From assembly GCA_903919075.1 (NCBI GenBank), contig CAIXGR010000072.1, positions 1,210 to 65,209 on the forward strand: a stretch of DNA of 64,000 nucleotides. The letters run 5' to 3'. A model generated the notes under the pieces. That model was given only the letters and a program-made list of their open reading frames with translations. It ran no database searches and was not told the DNA's origin. Shown here piece after piece: positions 48,254 to 58,285 of this stretch (positions within the stretch are counted from its first letter, which is position 1; every line of letters begins with the position of its first letter). This DNA comes from an uncultured Bacteroidota bacterium (lineage in GTDB: Bacteria; Bacteroidota; Bacteroidia; Chitinophagales; LD1). The translations under genes and the position numbers were made by a program.

Positions 48254-49279
48254 ATGAACGAAAAAGATTTTAACCCCAACAACCCGGCAGCATCAAATGC
48301 CAATATTTTCGGTTTGCCTTACACCGCTAATCAAGCCGAACTGGTTTTGTTGCCTGTTCCTTTTGAAGCCACAGTATCGTACGGCGCAGGTGCTGCTCAA
48401 GGCCCGGCTGCAATTTTCGATGCATCCATGCAGGTTGATTTATTTCACCCGTTAGTGCCCGAAGTATGGAAGAGAAAAATTGCCATGGAAGATGAACCAG
48501 AAGCAATTACAAACCTAAGCAACGATGCACGCAAAAAAGCCGAGGAAATAATAGACAGCCTTATGACAGGCAAAAGTGTTGATGAAAAATTATTAAAGGC
48601 AGTAAATGATGCTTCTGAAAAAATGATAGCCTGGGTTGAAGAACGTAGCGCTAATTTTTTAGCAACCAACAAAACCGTAGGCTTAATAGGCGGCGACCAC
48701 AGTACCCCACTTGGACTATTGAATGTACTAGCACGCAATAATCAATTCGCCATTTTACAAATTGATGCCCACTGCGATTTGCGCAAAGCATACGAAGGCT
48801 TTGAATATTCGCACGCCTCAATTATGTACAACGCATTAAAAAATAAAAACATAACCGGCCTTACCCAGGTAGGCATTCGCGATTATTGCCAGGAGGAAAT
48901 TGAATATATCGGCGCATCAAGAGGCCGGGTAAGAACATTTTTTGACCGTGATATACAGATGGCAAAAATTGAAGGCATGCCATGGGCAAAAGAATGCGAT
49001 AGAATAATTGCTACACTACCTGATAAAGTATACATCAGCTTTGATATTGATGGATTAAGCCCAGAGCTTTGCCCTAACACGGGCACGCCGGTACCTGGCG
49101 GCCTTAGTTTTGCTGAAGCAGCATTTTTAATTGAAAGAGTTGCGCTACACAAAAAACAAATTATCGGCTTCGACCTCAACGAAGTTTCGCCGGGTAAAGA
49201 AGGCGATTGGGATGCTAACGTTGGCGCCCGATTGCTATTTCAGCTGTGCTGTGCCTACTTTATTAATAAGGAGAAATAA
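48254..49279 (+). CDS. speB: Agmatinase (arginase/ureohydrolase family)
   Basis: GGDHS, QIDAHCDLR, SHAS, SFDIDGLSP...TGTPVPGG, DLNEV. Confidence 0.85.
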   Translation: MNEKDFNPNNPAASNANIFGLPYTANQAELVLLPVPFEATVSYGAGAAQGPAAIFDASMQVDLFHPLVPEVWKRKIAMEDEPEAITNLSNDARKKAEEIIDSLMTGKSVDEKLLKAVNDASEKMIAWVEERSANFLATNKTVGLIGGDHSTPLGLLNVLARNNQFAILQIDAHCDLRKAYEGFEYSHASIMYNALKNKNITGLTQVGIRDYCQEEIEYIGASRGRVRTFFDRDIQMAKIEGMPWAKECDRIIATLPDKVYISFDIDGLSPELCPNTGTPVPGGLSFAEAAFLIERVALHKKQIIGFDLNEVSPGKEGDWDANVGARLLFQLCCAYFINKEK

Positions 49280-49296
49280 ACTACTACCTGTTTAAA

Positions 49297-50385
49297 TTAA
49301 AAAGGGCTTTTAAAATTCGGGTTATTTAAAAATGAAGTATCGGTAAAGCTATTTAGCAGCGCCAGTAATTCCATTTTTTGCAAGTCGGTAAAATGCGAGC
49401 CTCCGTTGGCATGGTAAATAGTTTTCATCACCGGGTCAAGTGTGGGTGATTGTTTAATGCTATCGCTATAAAAATTAATTACCTGCATTAAAGTTTTAAA
49501 TCGACCATCATGCATATAAGGCCCGGTAACTGCTACATTTCTTAGTGTTGGAATTTTAAACAAACCATAATCTGCAGCATCACCGGTTATTGCTCCACGC
49601 CCTGCATCTGCAAAATCATAAATATTTACAGCCCTATCTAAGCCATTGTTACGAAAAGGATGAGCCGCATCATACATCAATAAGCTTTGTCCCTGCGCAT
49701 GGCAATGAAAACAATCGCCCTTCTCTTTCAAAAAAACATAATTAAACCCACTATCCTCCCAAATTGTAAAAGTAGCCTGCCCACGCATAACGCTATCAAA
49801 CCTTGAATTGGCCGATACCGCCGAGAATAAAAATTGTTGAATAGCCAAGTAAATATTATTAGCCGTTACAGCGTTCGCTGTGCCAAATGCTTTGCTAAAT
49901 AACTTTACATCCGTGGTATCGGTTTTTAAATAAACAATAGCATTTGCAATATTCAAATTCAACTCATGCTGAAAAGCATCTTGCGCCTGATTAGCAAGCG
50001 TTGCCGATCTTCCATCCCAAAAAAAATATGGTGACCATGCAAGATTTTGCAGTGCGGGTGCATTGCGGGTGGTAAATCCATTTTCATTTGCACTAACTGC
50101 TTTCCCCGAATCGGAAAGGGCAGCTTGCAAATGATGACACGAGGCACACGATTTTTGTCCGTCAATAGAAAGGTGCTTATCATAAAACAATCTTCGCCCC
50201 AGTGCAATGCCCTCATATGTTAGCGAATCTTTATAGGGCGAGTTTATTGGAGGAAATAAAAAGGGGATTTGCAAAGTATACTTTGTTCCCTTGTAAAGAT
50301 TATTCAAAGCAGGTTCGCGTCTGCAATTTTCCAGTGCAAGAATAAAAGTTGATAAAGTAAAAACCGCCAAAAATATTTTCTTCAT
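49297..50385 (-). CDS. Di-heme cytochrome c peroxidase family lipoprotein (MbnH/MauG-like)
   Basis: Two CxxCH motifs (SCASCH, DCFHCH); LGRRLFYD, RNAPAL.N, FFWDGR, FKIPTLRNVAVTGPYMHDGRF; directly downstream of an MbnP-like gene. ATG at 50385. Confidence 0.9.
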   Translation of the reverse strand: MKKIFLAVFTLSTFILALENCRREPALNNLYKGTKYTLQIPFLFPPINSPYKDSLTYEGIALGRRLFYDKHLSIDGQKSCASCHHLQAALSDSGKAVSANENGFTTRNAPALQNLAWSPYFFWDGRSATLANQAQDAFQHELNLNIANAIVYLKTDTTDVKLFSKAFGTANAVTANNIYLAIQQFLFSAVSANSRFDSVMRGQATFTIWEDSGFNYVFLKEKGDCFHCHAQGQSLLMYDAAHPFRNNGLDRAVNIYDFADAGRGAITGDAADYGLFKIPTLRNVAVTGPYMHDGRFKTLMQVINFYSDSIKQSPTLDPVMKTIYHANGGSHFTDLQKMELLALLNSFTDTSFLNNPNFKSPF

Positions 50386-50399
50386 TATAACTTCAAAGT

Positions 50400-51137
50400 T
50401 CAAAATCCAAATGCTTTCGAAAAATTACCAGCAAATTTCGCTGCCAACGCAGGGGCATCAGATGTACTGGTTACATCATCGGTGTTAACCGCTGCAATAT
50501 TTATAGTTTGAGTATCGCCGTGAAAAATTTTCCTAACATCAAGATAAACCGATAGCGTAGCCGGATTACCGCAACATACGGTGAAGTTTTTATTAAGTTG
50601 CACCTGCCGGTAATTACTATCCAGCCCTATATGGTAAATCAGTCCATATCTCATATCAGGTAAAACTGCTGTATCCCATGCGCCTTCCATTACTTCAAAC
50701 CGGTATTTAAAATTGTTCATGCCCCAATACATTCCATATGCATTATTCAATACGCCTGGCGCAGTAAGCGGGTAAGGTGTTGCATTCTGTGCAGAATCAA
50801 GCCCGCACCCAAAAACAATTCCCTTAAAATTTCCTTCTACTCCCTCAAGCTTTATAGTTAAAGATGAAGGATTGCTGAAATCAATCAAAGCAACATCTGT
50901 AATCACTACAGTTGAGTTATCAGTCTTTATTAAATTAATATTTGATATGTAAAACTGAAGTGCTTTGATACCAACCACAACTCCGGTAGTATCGGCATTA
51001 AAAGTGTTAAGTGCAAAAGATTGGCTACCGTATTTACCTTTTAATTGCAACGTAAAAACCGATTTACTTTTCTTGCAGCCCGCACCCAAAAAACCAATCA
51101 GAGCTGCAAGCAACATGATTGTTTTAAAATACTTCAT
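50400..51137 (-). CDS. MbnP-like lipoprotein
   Basis: Lipobox GAG-C; LQFYISNINL, F.CGLDSAQN, GMYWGMNNFKYRFEVMEG, YHIG, FAGNFSKAF; adjacent to the di-heme peroxidase. ATG at 51137. Confidence 0.75.
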   Translation of the reverse strand: MKYFKTIMLLAALIGFLGAGCKKSKSVFTLQLKGKYGSQSFALNTFNADTTGVVVGIKALQFYISNINLIKTDNSTVVITDVALIDFSNPSSLTIKLEGVEGNFKGIVFGCGLDSAQNATPYPLTAPGVLNNAYGMYWGMNNFKYRFEVMEGAWDTAVLPDMRYGLIYHIGLDSNYRQVQLNKNFTVCCGNPATLSVYLDVRKIFHGDTQTINIAAVNTDDVTSTSDAPALAAKFAGNFSKAFGF

Positions 51138-51306
51138 CCGTTTTATGTTTAAATAAAAATAAGCCAAAAAACCAAGGCATAGTAATTATGGCACTGGCTT
51201 TGAAATTTATTTTGTTAATGTGTCATAGTTGTGAAATCTTTTCTTCTATCGCAACTAAGATTTATGGATTCTACAACTTCTGGCATCGGCTTTAAAAGTA
51301 ACTCAT

Positions 51307-51888
51307 ATGTCCGAAGCAATAAATACCGGCAACAGCCGGAAAAATTCAAAACATAATCAACGCGGCAGAAAAAGATTCTCGCCCCACGTTGACATGACAC
51401 CGATGGTTGACCTGGGTTTTCTTTTAATTACTTTTTTTATGCTTTCAACCACTCTAAGCGAACAAACCAAAGGTATAATATGGCAAAAGCCTATCACCGA
51501 AGCCCCACCCGACGCTGTTAGCGAATGTCAGGTAATGAATATCGTTGTTGATTCGCTGGATAGAATATTTGTATACGAAGGCAGCGAACTTCAAAACCTA
51601 AAACTTTCAAGCTTTGAAGGTGAACATGGGATTCAAAAATTTATAATAGACAAAATCAAAAGAGTAAAGACCGGATATGCGCCAACAGCTGCTGGCAAAA
51701 CGCGGGATATTATTTGTTTGATAAAACTTTTAAATGGTGCACGATATAAAAATATGATTGATATTATGGATGACATGAAAATACTTAACATTGAAACCTA
51801 CGCATTACAAGAGCCTTCGAATGAAGAAATTGCGGCCGTGGCCTTGCAGAGCAAAAAAATATTCGCCAAAATTGAATTGCCAGACTAA
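51307..51888 (+). CDS. exbD: Biopolymer transporter ExbD/TolR
   Basis: [22 protein letters not shown] and [13 protein letters not shown], typical of Bacteroidota ExbD. Confidence 0.85.
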   Translation: MSEAINTGNSRKNSKHNQRGRKRFSPHVDMTPMVDLGFLLITFFMLSTTLSEQTKGIIWQKPITEAPPDAVSECQVMNIVVDSLDRIFVYEGSELQNLKLSSFEGEHGIQKFIIDKIKRVKTGYAPTAAGKTRDIICLIKLLNGARYKNMIDIMDDMKILNIETYALQEPSNEEIAAVALQSKKIFAKIELPD

Positions 51889-52289
51889 AAATATTCTTCG
51901 AGAATCTGGTCCAACATTTCAATAGTAAGTGGCTTACTTTTTAAGCCCGATACAATATTGAATAGCGCCGCCTTGGCTTTATCTTCAGGGCTATCGGACG
52001 TGGTAAGCATTACCACAATCACGGGACATTGAAATTCCTTATCAAGGTTGTTATACTCCTCCAAAAATTCCCAGCCATTCATTCCGGGCATATTAATATC
52101 CAAAAAAATTAAATCGGGATGGGCATTTCCGTTATTATGCCTGTTTCTTAAATATTCCAGCGCGTCCATACCGTTCTCTTTAGGCACAACCATGTTTGCG
52201 TAGCCGCTTTTTTTAATTACCCTTTCATGAAAAAAATTATCATCCTTGTTGTCATCAATTAGCATGATACAATTTACCTTATTATTCAT
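51885..52289 (-). CDS. Single-domain response regulator (CheY-like)
   Basis: [33 protein letters not shown]. Confidence 0.93.
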   Translation of the reverse strand: MNNKVNCIMLIDDNKDDNFFHERVIKKSGYANMVVPKENGMDALEYLRNRHNNGNAHPDLIFLDINMPGMNGWEFLEEYNNLDKEFQCPVIVVMLTTSDSPEDKAKAALFNIVSGLKSKPLTIEMLDQILEEYF

Positions 52290-52291
52290 AA

Positions 52292-53377
52292 TTAAAATTT
52301 TGATATAGTAAAACTAAAAGTGCTTCCTAGTCCTATTGCAGAGTCAATCCATATCTTGCCGCCGTGCAGCTCCACTATTTTTTTACAATTTGCCAATCCT
52401 ATACCATCCCCTTCATATTCTTTACCCGAATGAAGGCGCTGAAAAATCTGAAATACCTTTTTGTAATGCTTGGGCTCAATGCCAATGCCATTATCTTTTA
52501 CACAAAATTGCCATTTGTCATTTATCTGTTCGCTGCTTATTTCAATTTTTGGGCAAACATTCTTGTTCCTAAATTTAATTGCGTTGCTAATCAGCTTTTG
52601 AAATAACTGTCGAATTTCCGGTTCATAAACGTTTAGATGCGGCATGTTTCCAACGCTTATAACGGCACCACTATTTTTAATAAGATTTTCGAGATCAGTA
52701 TTTACATCTAATATCAGTTTTCGAAAATCTACATGCTGAAGCGTTTTATTTCTCCCTAAGCGCGAAAATTCAAGCAAGGAACGAAGCAAATTACTCATCC
52801 GCTTTGTTGCCATATGAATTGTAATTAGATGCTTCGAAGCCGAAGCATCTAATTGTTCCGCGCAATCTTCTTGAAGTATTTGAACATAATTTGACACTGT
52901 TCGAAGCGGCTCTTGCAAATCATGCGAAGCGATGTAAGCAAATTGCTCCAACTCGCTGTTTTTAATAGTTAATTCTATGGTTCGCTGATTTACTTTTTCA
53001 TCAAGCAAGGCATTCGTATTTTGTAGCCACTGCTCCAGCTGTTTTTGTTTGGTTACATCGAATGATAAAATTAAAACACCTTCATCTACCCGCTGCATCC
53101 GCAGCTCAAAGTAGCCTTTCGAACCATCGTGAAAATCAAATTCATTAATCATTTGATGTGGCACTCCCTTACTCATACAGTCCTTCAGAAACTTAAACAT
53201 CTCGGTGCCTTCAATTCCCGGATATTGTTCCATCATTGTACGGCCAATCAATTTTTCCTTCGAGGCCTTGCCATGCTGCGCCACCGTTTCGTTTACATAA
53301 ACGTAACGCCAATCAGCGCTAATAATTTGCACACCTTCAATAATATTATCCAATATGCTGTACTTACTGAACGGCAT
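52292..53377 (-). CDS. PAS domain sensor histidine kinase
   Basis: PAS (WRYVYVNE), H-box [37 protein letters not shown] at 53377 preferred over 53464. Confidence 0.92.
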   Translation of the reverse strand: MPFSKYSILDNIIEGVQIISADWRYVYVNETVAQHGKASKEKLIGRTMMEQYPGIEGTEMFKFLKDCMSKGVPHQMINEFDFHDGSKGYFELRMQRVDEGVLILSFDVTKQKQLEQWLQNTNALLDEKVNQRTIELTIKNSELEQFAYIASHDLQEPLRTVSNYVQILQEDCAEQLDASASKHLITIHMATKRMSNLLRSLLEFSRLGRNKTLQHVDFRKLILDVNTDLENLIKNSGAVISVGNMPHLNVYEPEIRQLFQKLISNAIKFRNKNVCPKIEISSEQINDKWQFCVKDNGIGIEPKHYKKVFQIFQRLHSGKEYEGDGIGLANCKKIVELHGGKIWIDSAIGLGSTFSFTISKF

Positions 53378-53548
53378 ACAAAAACTGGCTTTATCTTTTA
53401 TTAAAAATAATCGCTTCCCAACCATATGGCTCCTACACCGGGCTTGAAACTCAAACGAAAGCAAATATATTAAACCGGTTTATAATTTCCTGCTTATTAA
53501 ATTTGTACTTTGTTTTTTAAAAGAAAATATATTGGCGAGGTAAAAAAA

Positions 53549-53944
53549 TCAGCTGGTTACGGTTAACACATTTGCACTTTCTGTAACATTAAGTTTAATA
53601 AGTGCCGACGGGGGTGGGCCACCAGTAACGTTTCCATTGGTATCATATGTTCCGCTATGGCAGGGGCAGGCAAATATGGGTGTCGACCCGGTTCTATATA
53701 AAACTATGCAACCTTGATGGGTACATATTAGTGATAATGCTACATAACCGGTTGCGGTTTTCCGCACATATGCGTTGTTTTGAATTACATAACCGCCAAC
53801 TGTAAGTAAAGGTGCATTAACCGGGTTGGCTAAGTCAATAGTAAAATTTATTGGGGTCGTTTTACTGCAACTATTCAAAAATGTTATTGTTGAGGCAAGG
53901 CCGCACACGGCAGTGCCTTTTAGAAGAAATTCTTTTCTATCCAT
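53549..53944 (-). CDS. Rieske [2Fe-2S] domain lipoprotein
   Basis: Tat-like MDRKEFL, lipobox-like LNS-C, CTHQGC and CPCHSG boxes, GGPPP..L. Confidence 0.9.
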   Translation of the reverse strand: MDRKEFLLKGTAVCGLASTITFLNSCSKTTPINFTIDLANPVNAPLLTVGGYVIQNNAYVRKTATGYVALSLICTHQGCIVLYRTGSTPIFACPCHSGTYDTNGNVTGGPPPSALIKLNVTESANVLTVTS

Positions 53945-54239
53945 ATTGCTCACTTTTTAGTTTATCAATTTAACGCCCTATAAAAAGGAACAATTTGATA
54001 CTTTATTGTGTTTCGATTACGTGCTGTTGCGTGTTTTCTACAAATTCCATCTTATCCAGGCTTCTACAAAGCGAAACTTGCTCCTGTTTATGCAACAAAC
54101 TTAGGGCTTACTTGATAGAGTGTTTACTTGTGCATGATTGCAGGCTGATCTTATTACCGCTGTATGATTCAACAAAAAGGCAACATTAGGAACTTGCCGC
54201 ACAAGCAATAGAATTTAAACCAGACCGTAAAAAGTTGTA

Positions 54240-54995
54240 TTACAATCCAACCCCGCCCGATACTTCTATTCTTTGTCCGTTAATCCATTTTGCATCATCG
54301 GTACAAAGAAAAGCCACTACGCTGCCTATATCATCTGCCACACCCACTCTACCCAAGGCGGTATTATTAATGATATTGGCTTTTACGTTCGGATTGCTGC
54401 GTATAAGTGCATTATTAAAATCGGTTTCAGTAGCACCGGGCGCAACAATGTTAGACCTGATGCCACGTGAGCCGTATTCTTTGGCAACATATTTTGTTAG
54501 TACCTCAACTGCACCTTTTAGTGAGGAGTAAACTGAATAACCGTGCACACAAAAACGCGTAGTGCCCGACGAAATAAAAACTATACCGCCGTTATCATTC
54601 ATACTTGGTAACGCTTTTTGAGTAAGGAAGAAAACGCTCTTAAAATGAATATTAGTTAGCCGGTCGAAAGCTTCTTCCGTTACTTGTGGTATAAGAAGTG
54701 TGGCACCTACACCCGCATTGTTTACTAAAAAGTCGAACTTGTCAGTATTCCAAGCCTCTTTTAAGACTTCCAAAAATCGCGAAATAAATCCATCCAGCGA
54801 TTTTACTTCCTCCATATTTAATTGCAGAACGGCGGCCTTTCGTCCCATCTTTTCTATTTCGGCGGCTGTTTTTTCGGCATCCTCCTTTTGGGTATTATAA
54901 GTAAGAATAACATCTATTCCATTTTTTGCTAATGATAAAGCCATATCCTTACCCAATCCGCGGCTACCGCCAGTTACAAGTGCTATTTTCGCCAT
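54240..54995 (-). CDS. SDR family oxidoreductase
   Basis: TGGSRGLG, LVNNAG, YSSLK, APGATETDF, GQRIEVSGG. Confidence 0.94.
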   Translation of the reverse strand: MAKIALVTGGSRGLGKDMALSLAKNGIDVILTYNTQKEDAEKTAAEIEKMGRKAAVLQLNMEEVKSLDGFISRFLEVLKEAWNTDKFDFLVNNAGVGATLLIPQVTEEAFDRLTNIHFKSVFFLTQKALPSMNDNGGIVFISSGTTRFCVHGYSVYSSLKGAVEVLTKYVAKEYGSRGIRSNIVAPGATETDFNNALIRSNPNVKANIINNTALGRVGVADDIGSVVAFLCTDDAKWINGQRIEVSGGVGL

Positions 54996-55070
54996 AGTGC
55001 TTTAGTTTTTATGATTAGGGCGTAAAGATTAGGAATTATATATCAACTCAGGAAAAAGTATTTTAGAACC

Positions 55071-55550
55071 ATGAAAGCTGCTACCGTTAACGAACTTAAA
55101 GACGAGCTCAAACATTTACCGCCGGCAAAACTGCTTGAGCTATGCACCCGATTAGCCCGTTTTAAAAAAGAAAACAAAGAACTACTAACCTACCTGCTTT
55201 TCGAAGCGCATGACGAGCAGGGATATATTAAAAGCGTTCAAAACGATATTGACATAAATTTTGATGAACTGGCAAAGGGCAATAATTTATACCTGCTAAA
55301 AAAAAGCATTCGCAAAATTTTGCGAAGCACCAATAAATATATCCGTTATACCGGCTCAAAAACTGCCGAAATTCAATTGCTTCTTTATTTCTGCACTAAA
55401 CTAAAGCAGTCGGGTATACCTATTACAAAAAGCACCGCACTTACCAAACTGTATCAACAACAATTAAAAAAGATAAATACAGTATTACCGGTATTGCACG
55501 AAGATTTGCAACATGATTATTTGAGAGAATTGGAGGAACTTTCTATTTGA
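55071..55550 (+). CDS. Conserved hypothetical protein (Bacteroidota)
   Basis: 159-aa helical protein (RLARFKKENKELLTYLLFEA...LHEDLQHDY) with normal codon usage. Confidence 0.8.
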   Translation: MKAATVNELKDELKHLPPAKLLELCTRLARFKKENKELLTYLLFEAHDEQGYIKSVQNDIDINFDELAKGNNLYLLKKSIRKILRSTNKYIRYTGSKTAEIQLLLYFCTKLKQSGIPITKSTALTKLYQQQLKKINTVLPVLHEDLQHDYLRELEELSI

Positions 55551-55563
55551 GTTTATGCAATTC

Positions 55564-58092
55564 TTATTGCCTGTCATGATTAGCGGGGTCCTTTTTCCGC
55601 TTTATCAGCTTATACAATTCAAACCATATTACCGAAGCAAACCCTATCAATGAAGCTATACCAAGTTGCACAATTGAAAGTGTGGCAAACCTGAAAAAAT
55701 TACGTATAAACGGAATATACAATAAGCACAAAAGAAGTGCTACAGTTACGAATAGTGCCACCTTCATTAAATTATTTTTATACCCAAGTGCCGTAAAAAC
55801 GGAATAATAAAACGACCGGTTAACCAGGGTTAAAAAAATATTGGCTATTACCAGTGTTGTAAAAACCATGGCTCGGGTAATATCTTCACTGTATCCGTTT
55901 AAAACCGCATATTGATAAACACCCATTGTACCTGCGGCAATAACAAGCCCTTGCACAATACTTATCGAAAGCTCACGCCATTGCAGAAAAGTAGTGGTCA
56001 TTTTCCGTGGTGGCTGGCTCATGCTGTTTTTTTCCAAAGGTTCGTTTTCATAAACCAAACTGCAGGTGGGCCCCATAATAAGCTCAAGAAAAATAACGTG
56101 CACCGGTGTAAAAATATTAGGATATATCCATCCCAATATCAACGGCAATGCTACTGTAAGAATAATAGGAATGTGAATGGAGATAATATATTGAATTGCT
56201 TTTTTAAGGTTGCTGTATATTTTACGCCCCATAGCAATAGCATCTATCATCTTTCCAAGGTCATCATCAGTAAGTATTAGCGATGATGCCTGTTTGGCTA
56301 TTTCGCTTCCCCGTTTTCCCATAGCTATGCCAATGTTAGCGGCCTTTAGCGCTGGTGCATCATTTACCCCATCGCCGGTCATGGCAACAACATAGTTTAA
56401 CTCTTTCAACGCATTAATAATTCGCAATTTAGCTTCGGGGAACATGCGGGTAAAAATGTTAGTGCTACTTACTATCCGTTTCAACTCATCATCACTCATC
56501 TTAAGCAATTCTTCACCATTCAGCGTTTTATCTGCCCCTTTAAATCCGGCTTGTTGCGCTATGGCGGCTGTGGTAACAGCATTATCGCCAGTTATTATTT
56601 TTACATCAATACCTGCATTATAGAATTGCTGCAAAACTGCGGCAATATTGGCTTTGGGCGGGTCGTAAAAAGCCACGAAACCCAAAAACTTGAAAGTATA
56701 TTCCTGCTGCTCTTTCTTAAAATCGTTGCCTTCGAAAACTGCTTCACCTACAACCAAAACCCTAAAACCCTTTTTCGACATTTGTTCCGCAAATCCCATA
56801 GCCACATCCTGTGCTTCTTTGCTTAAATCCGAACATCTTAATACACTTTCTGCAGCCCCTTTACAGGCTACTATCCGGTGCCCTTTATCGTCCTCAAAAA
56901 AATGCGTCATCATAGGTGGCTTGCCCGATAACGGATACTCATGTATCAATTTATAATTTGGCCTTATATCTTCTTTCGTATTTTTTTTGTACGCATCATG
57001 CAAGGCCACTTCCATGGGGTCGAAAGGAACCGGTTCGCTGGCCCACATAGCTATAGTAACCAATTGCTGCGCCTCGGGTATTTCAAATACAGCGGGTACA
57101 AGTAATTGTTTGGCGCCCGATACGTAAATACCAGCCAGCTCCATTCTGTTCTCGGTAATAGTGCCCGTTTTATCTGTACAAATTACGCTTGCCGAACCCA
57201 GTGCTTCAACAGTTTTAGTTTGCTTTACAATTATGCCCAGCTTCATTAATCGCCATGCACCCAAGGCCATAAACGAAGTAAAAGCTACCGGTATCTCTTC
57301 GGGCAAAATACTCATAGCCAGCGTTAACCCTTTCAGGAGGCTATCCAGAATTTTTTTTGATTGATAAAAATTAATTCCCCATATTATTATAAAAACAATA
57401 ATACCAGCAATAGCCATGTTTCTAACAAACTTTCTTATCTGCTGTTGTAATGGAGTTTTCTCTTCAACAATATCCTCGAGCGATTTTCCGATTTTACCAA
57501 ACTGGGTTAACCTGCCTACAGCAGTTACTTTAAAAACTGCCAGACCCGATATAGCAAGCGTACCTTGAAACACTTTATTGTTTGCAGCATCCTTTTCATC
57601 TTTAATTACCGAAAATGATTCGCCGGTAAGAATAGATTCATTAACTGAAAAATCGTTGGCCCTTACTATTTCTCCATCGGCTGCAACTAAGGTGCCCTCT
57701 TCAACCACCAAGTAATCACCCACTACAATCTCATCCGAGGGCAACTCTATCACCCTATTATTTCTTATAGCTTTTGCTTTAGCCTGTGTAAAGGCATTTA
57801 AAGCTGCAATAGCCTTCCGACTACGCGAATCTTGGTACAGCGAAATGGCAGACACCAAAATAATTGAAGCCAACATAAAAGTGCCTTCCGAAAATTTTGC
57901 CATTAAAAAATATATCGCCGCAGCGCAAACCAACAACAGAAACATGGGTTCTGTAGCGGTATCTCTTAAAGAGCGCCAAAAAGTATTTTTCTCTTTAGCA
58001 GCATTTGCATTACTACCAAATTTTAATCGCGAGGCTGCTACTTCATCGTCAGATAAGCCACTAAAAGGGAAAGGATTTACTTTTTCAGCCAT
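55564..58092 (-). CDS. Cation-translocating P-type ATPase (P2-like)
   Basis: LTGES, TM4 ILPEEIP, DKTGT, KGAAE, TGDN, GDGVNDAPAL. Confidence 0.95.
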   Translation of the reverse strand: MAEKVNPFPFSGLSDDEVAASRLKFGSNANAAKEKNTFWRSLRDTATEPMFLLLVCAAAIYFLMAKFSEGTFMLASIILVSAISLYQDSRSRKAIAALNAFTQAKAKAIRNNRVIELPSDEIVVGDYLVVEEGTLVAADGEIVRANDFSVNESILTGESFSVIKDEKDAANNKVFQGTLAISGLAVFKVTAVGRLTQFGKIGKSLEDIVEEKTPLQQQIRKFVRNMAIAGIIVFIIIWGINFYQSKKILDSLLKGLTLAMSILPEEIPVAFTSFMALGAWRLMKLGIIVKQTKTVEALGSASVICTDKTGTITENRMELAGIYVSGAKQLLVPAVFEIPEAQQLVTIAMWASEPVPFDPMEVALHDAYKKNTKEDIRPNYKLIHEYPLSGKPPMMTHFFEDDKGHRIVACKGAAESVLRCSDLSKEAQDVAMGFAEQMSKKGFRVLVVGEAVFEGNDFKKEQQEYTFKFLGFVAFYDPPKANIAAVLQQFYNAGIDVKIITGDNAVTTAAIAQQAGFKGADKTLNGEELLKMSDDELKRIVSSTNIFTRMFPEAKLRIINALKELNYVVAMTGDGVNDAPALKAANIGIAMGKRGSEIAKQASSLILTDDDLGKMIDAIAMGRKIYSNLKKAIQYIISIHIPIILTVALPLILGWIYPNIFTPVHVIFLELIMGPTCSLVYENEPLEKNSMSQPPRKMTTTFLQWRELSISIVQGLVIAAGTMGVYQYAVLNGYSEDITRAMVFTTLVIANIFLTLVNRSFYYSVFTALGYKNNLMKVALFVTVALLLCLLYIPFIRNFFRFATLSIVQLGIASLIGFASVIWFELYKLIKRKKDPANHDRQ

Positions 58093-58127
58093 CGTTTAAA
58101 AATGTTATATGAATATACGCTTAAGAA

Positions 58128-58171
58128 CAAATATACCAGTTACACCACTTCTAAAAACTGATGAAAGTCAT
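58128..58171 (-). promoter_or_regulatory. Bacteroidota -7 promoter element (TATATTTG, 58135-58128) with an upstream TGA-N6-TCA CRP/FNR-like box (58158-58171)
   Basis: Exact TAnnTTTG match ~35 bp upstream of the P-ATPase start; ATGACTTTCATCAG lies 22 bp further upstream. Confidence 0.45.
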
Positions 58172-58190
58172 TGCCTGCATATAAACTAAA

Positions 58191-58220
58191 CCCCTCTGTT
58201 GCTATTTTAGCAAAGAGGGG
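58191..58220 (-). terminator. Rho-independent terminator of 58286..59227
   Basis: Hairpin CCCCTCT(G)TTGCTA-ttt-TAGCAA-AGAGGGG followed on the minus strand by TTTAGTTTAT. Confidence 0.75.
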
Positions 58221-58285
58221 CTTATGTTTTATTATTTAGTTGTTTTCCAGGTTCGCATTCCGAGAATATTAAGAAGCCCTGTATG

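Noticed and set aside
49297-51137. Methanobactin biosynthetic cluster
   Set aside because: No precursor peptide, MbnB/MbnC or TonB-dependent receptor is nearby. MbnP/H pairs commonly occur on their own.
53995-54189. 64-aa ORF or gene remnant between the Rieske and SDR genes
   Set aside because: TTG start and no recognisable motif in the frames examined on either strand.
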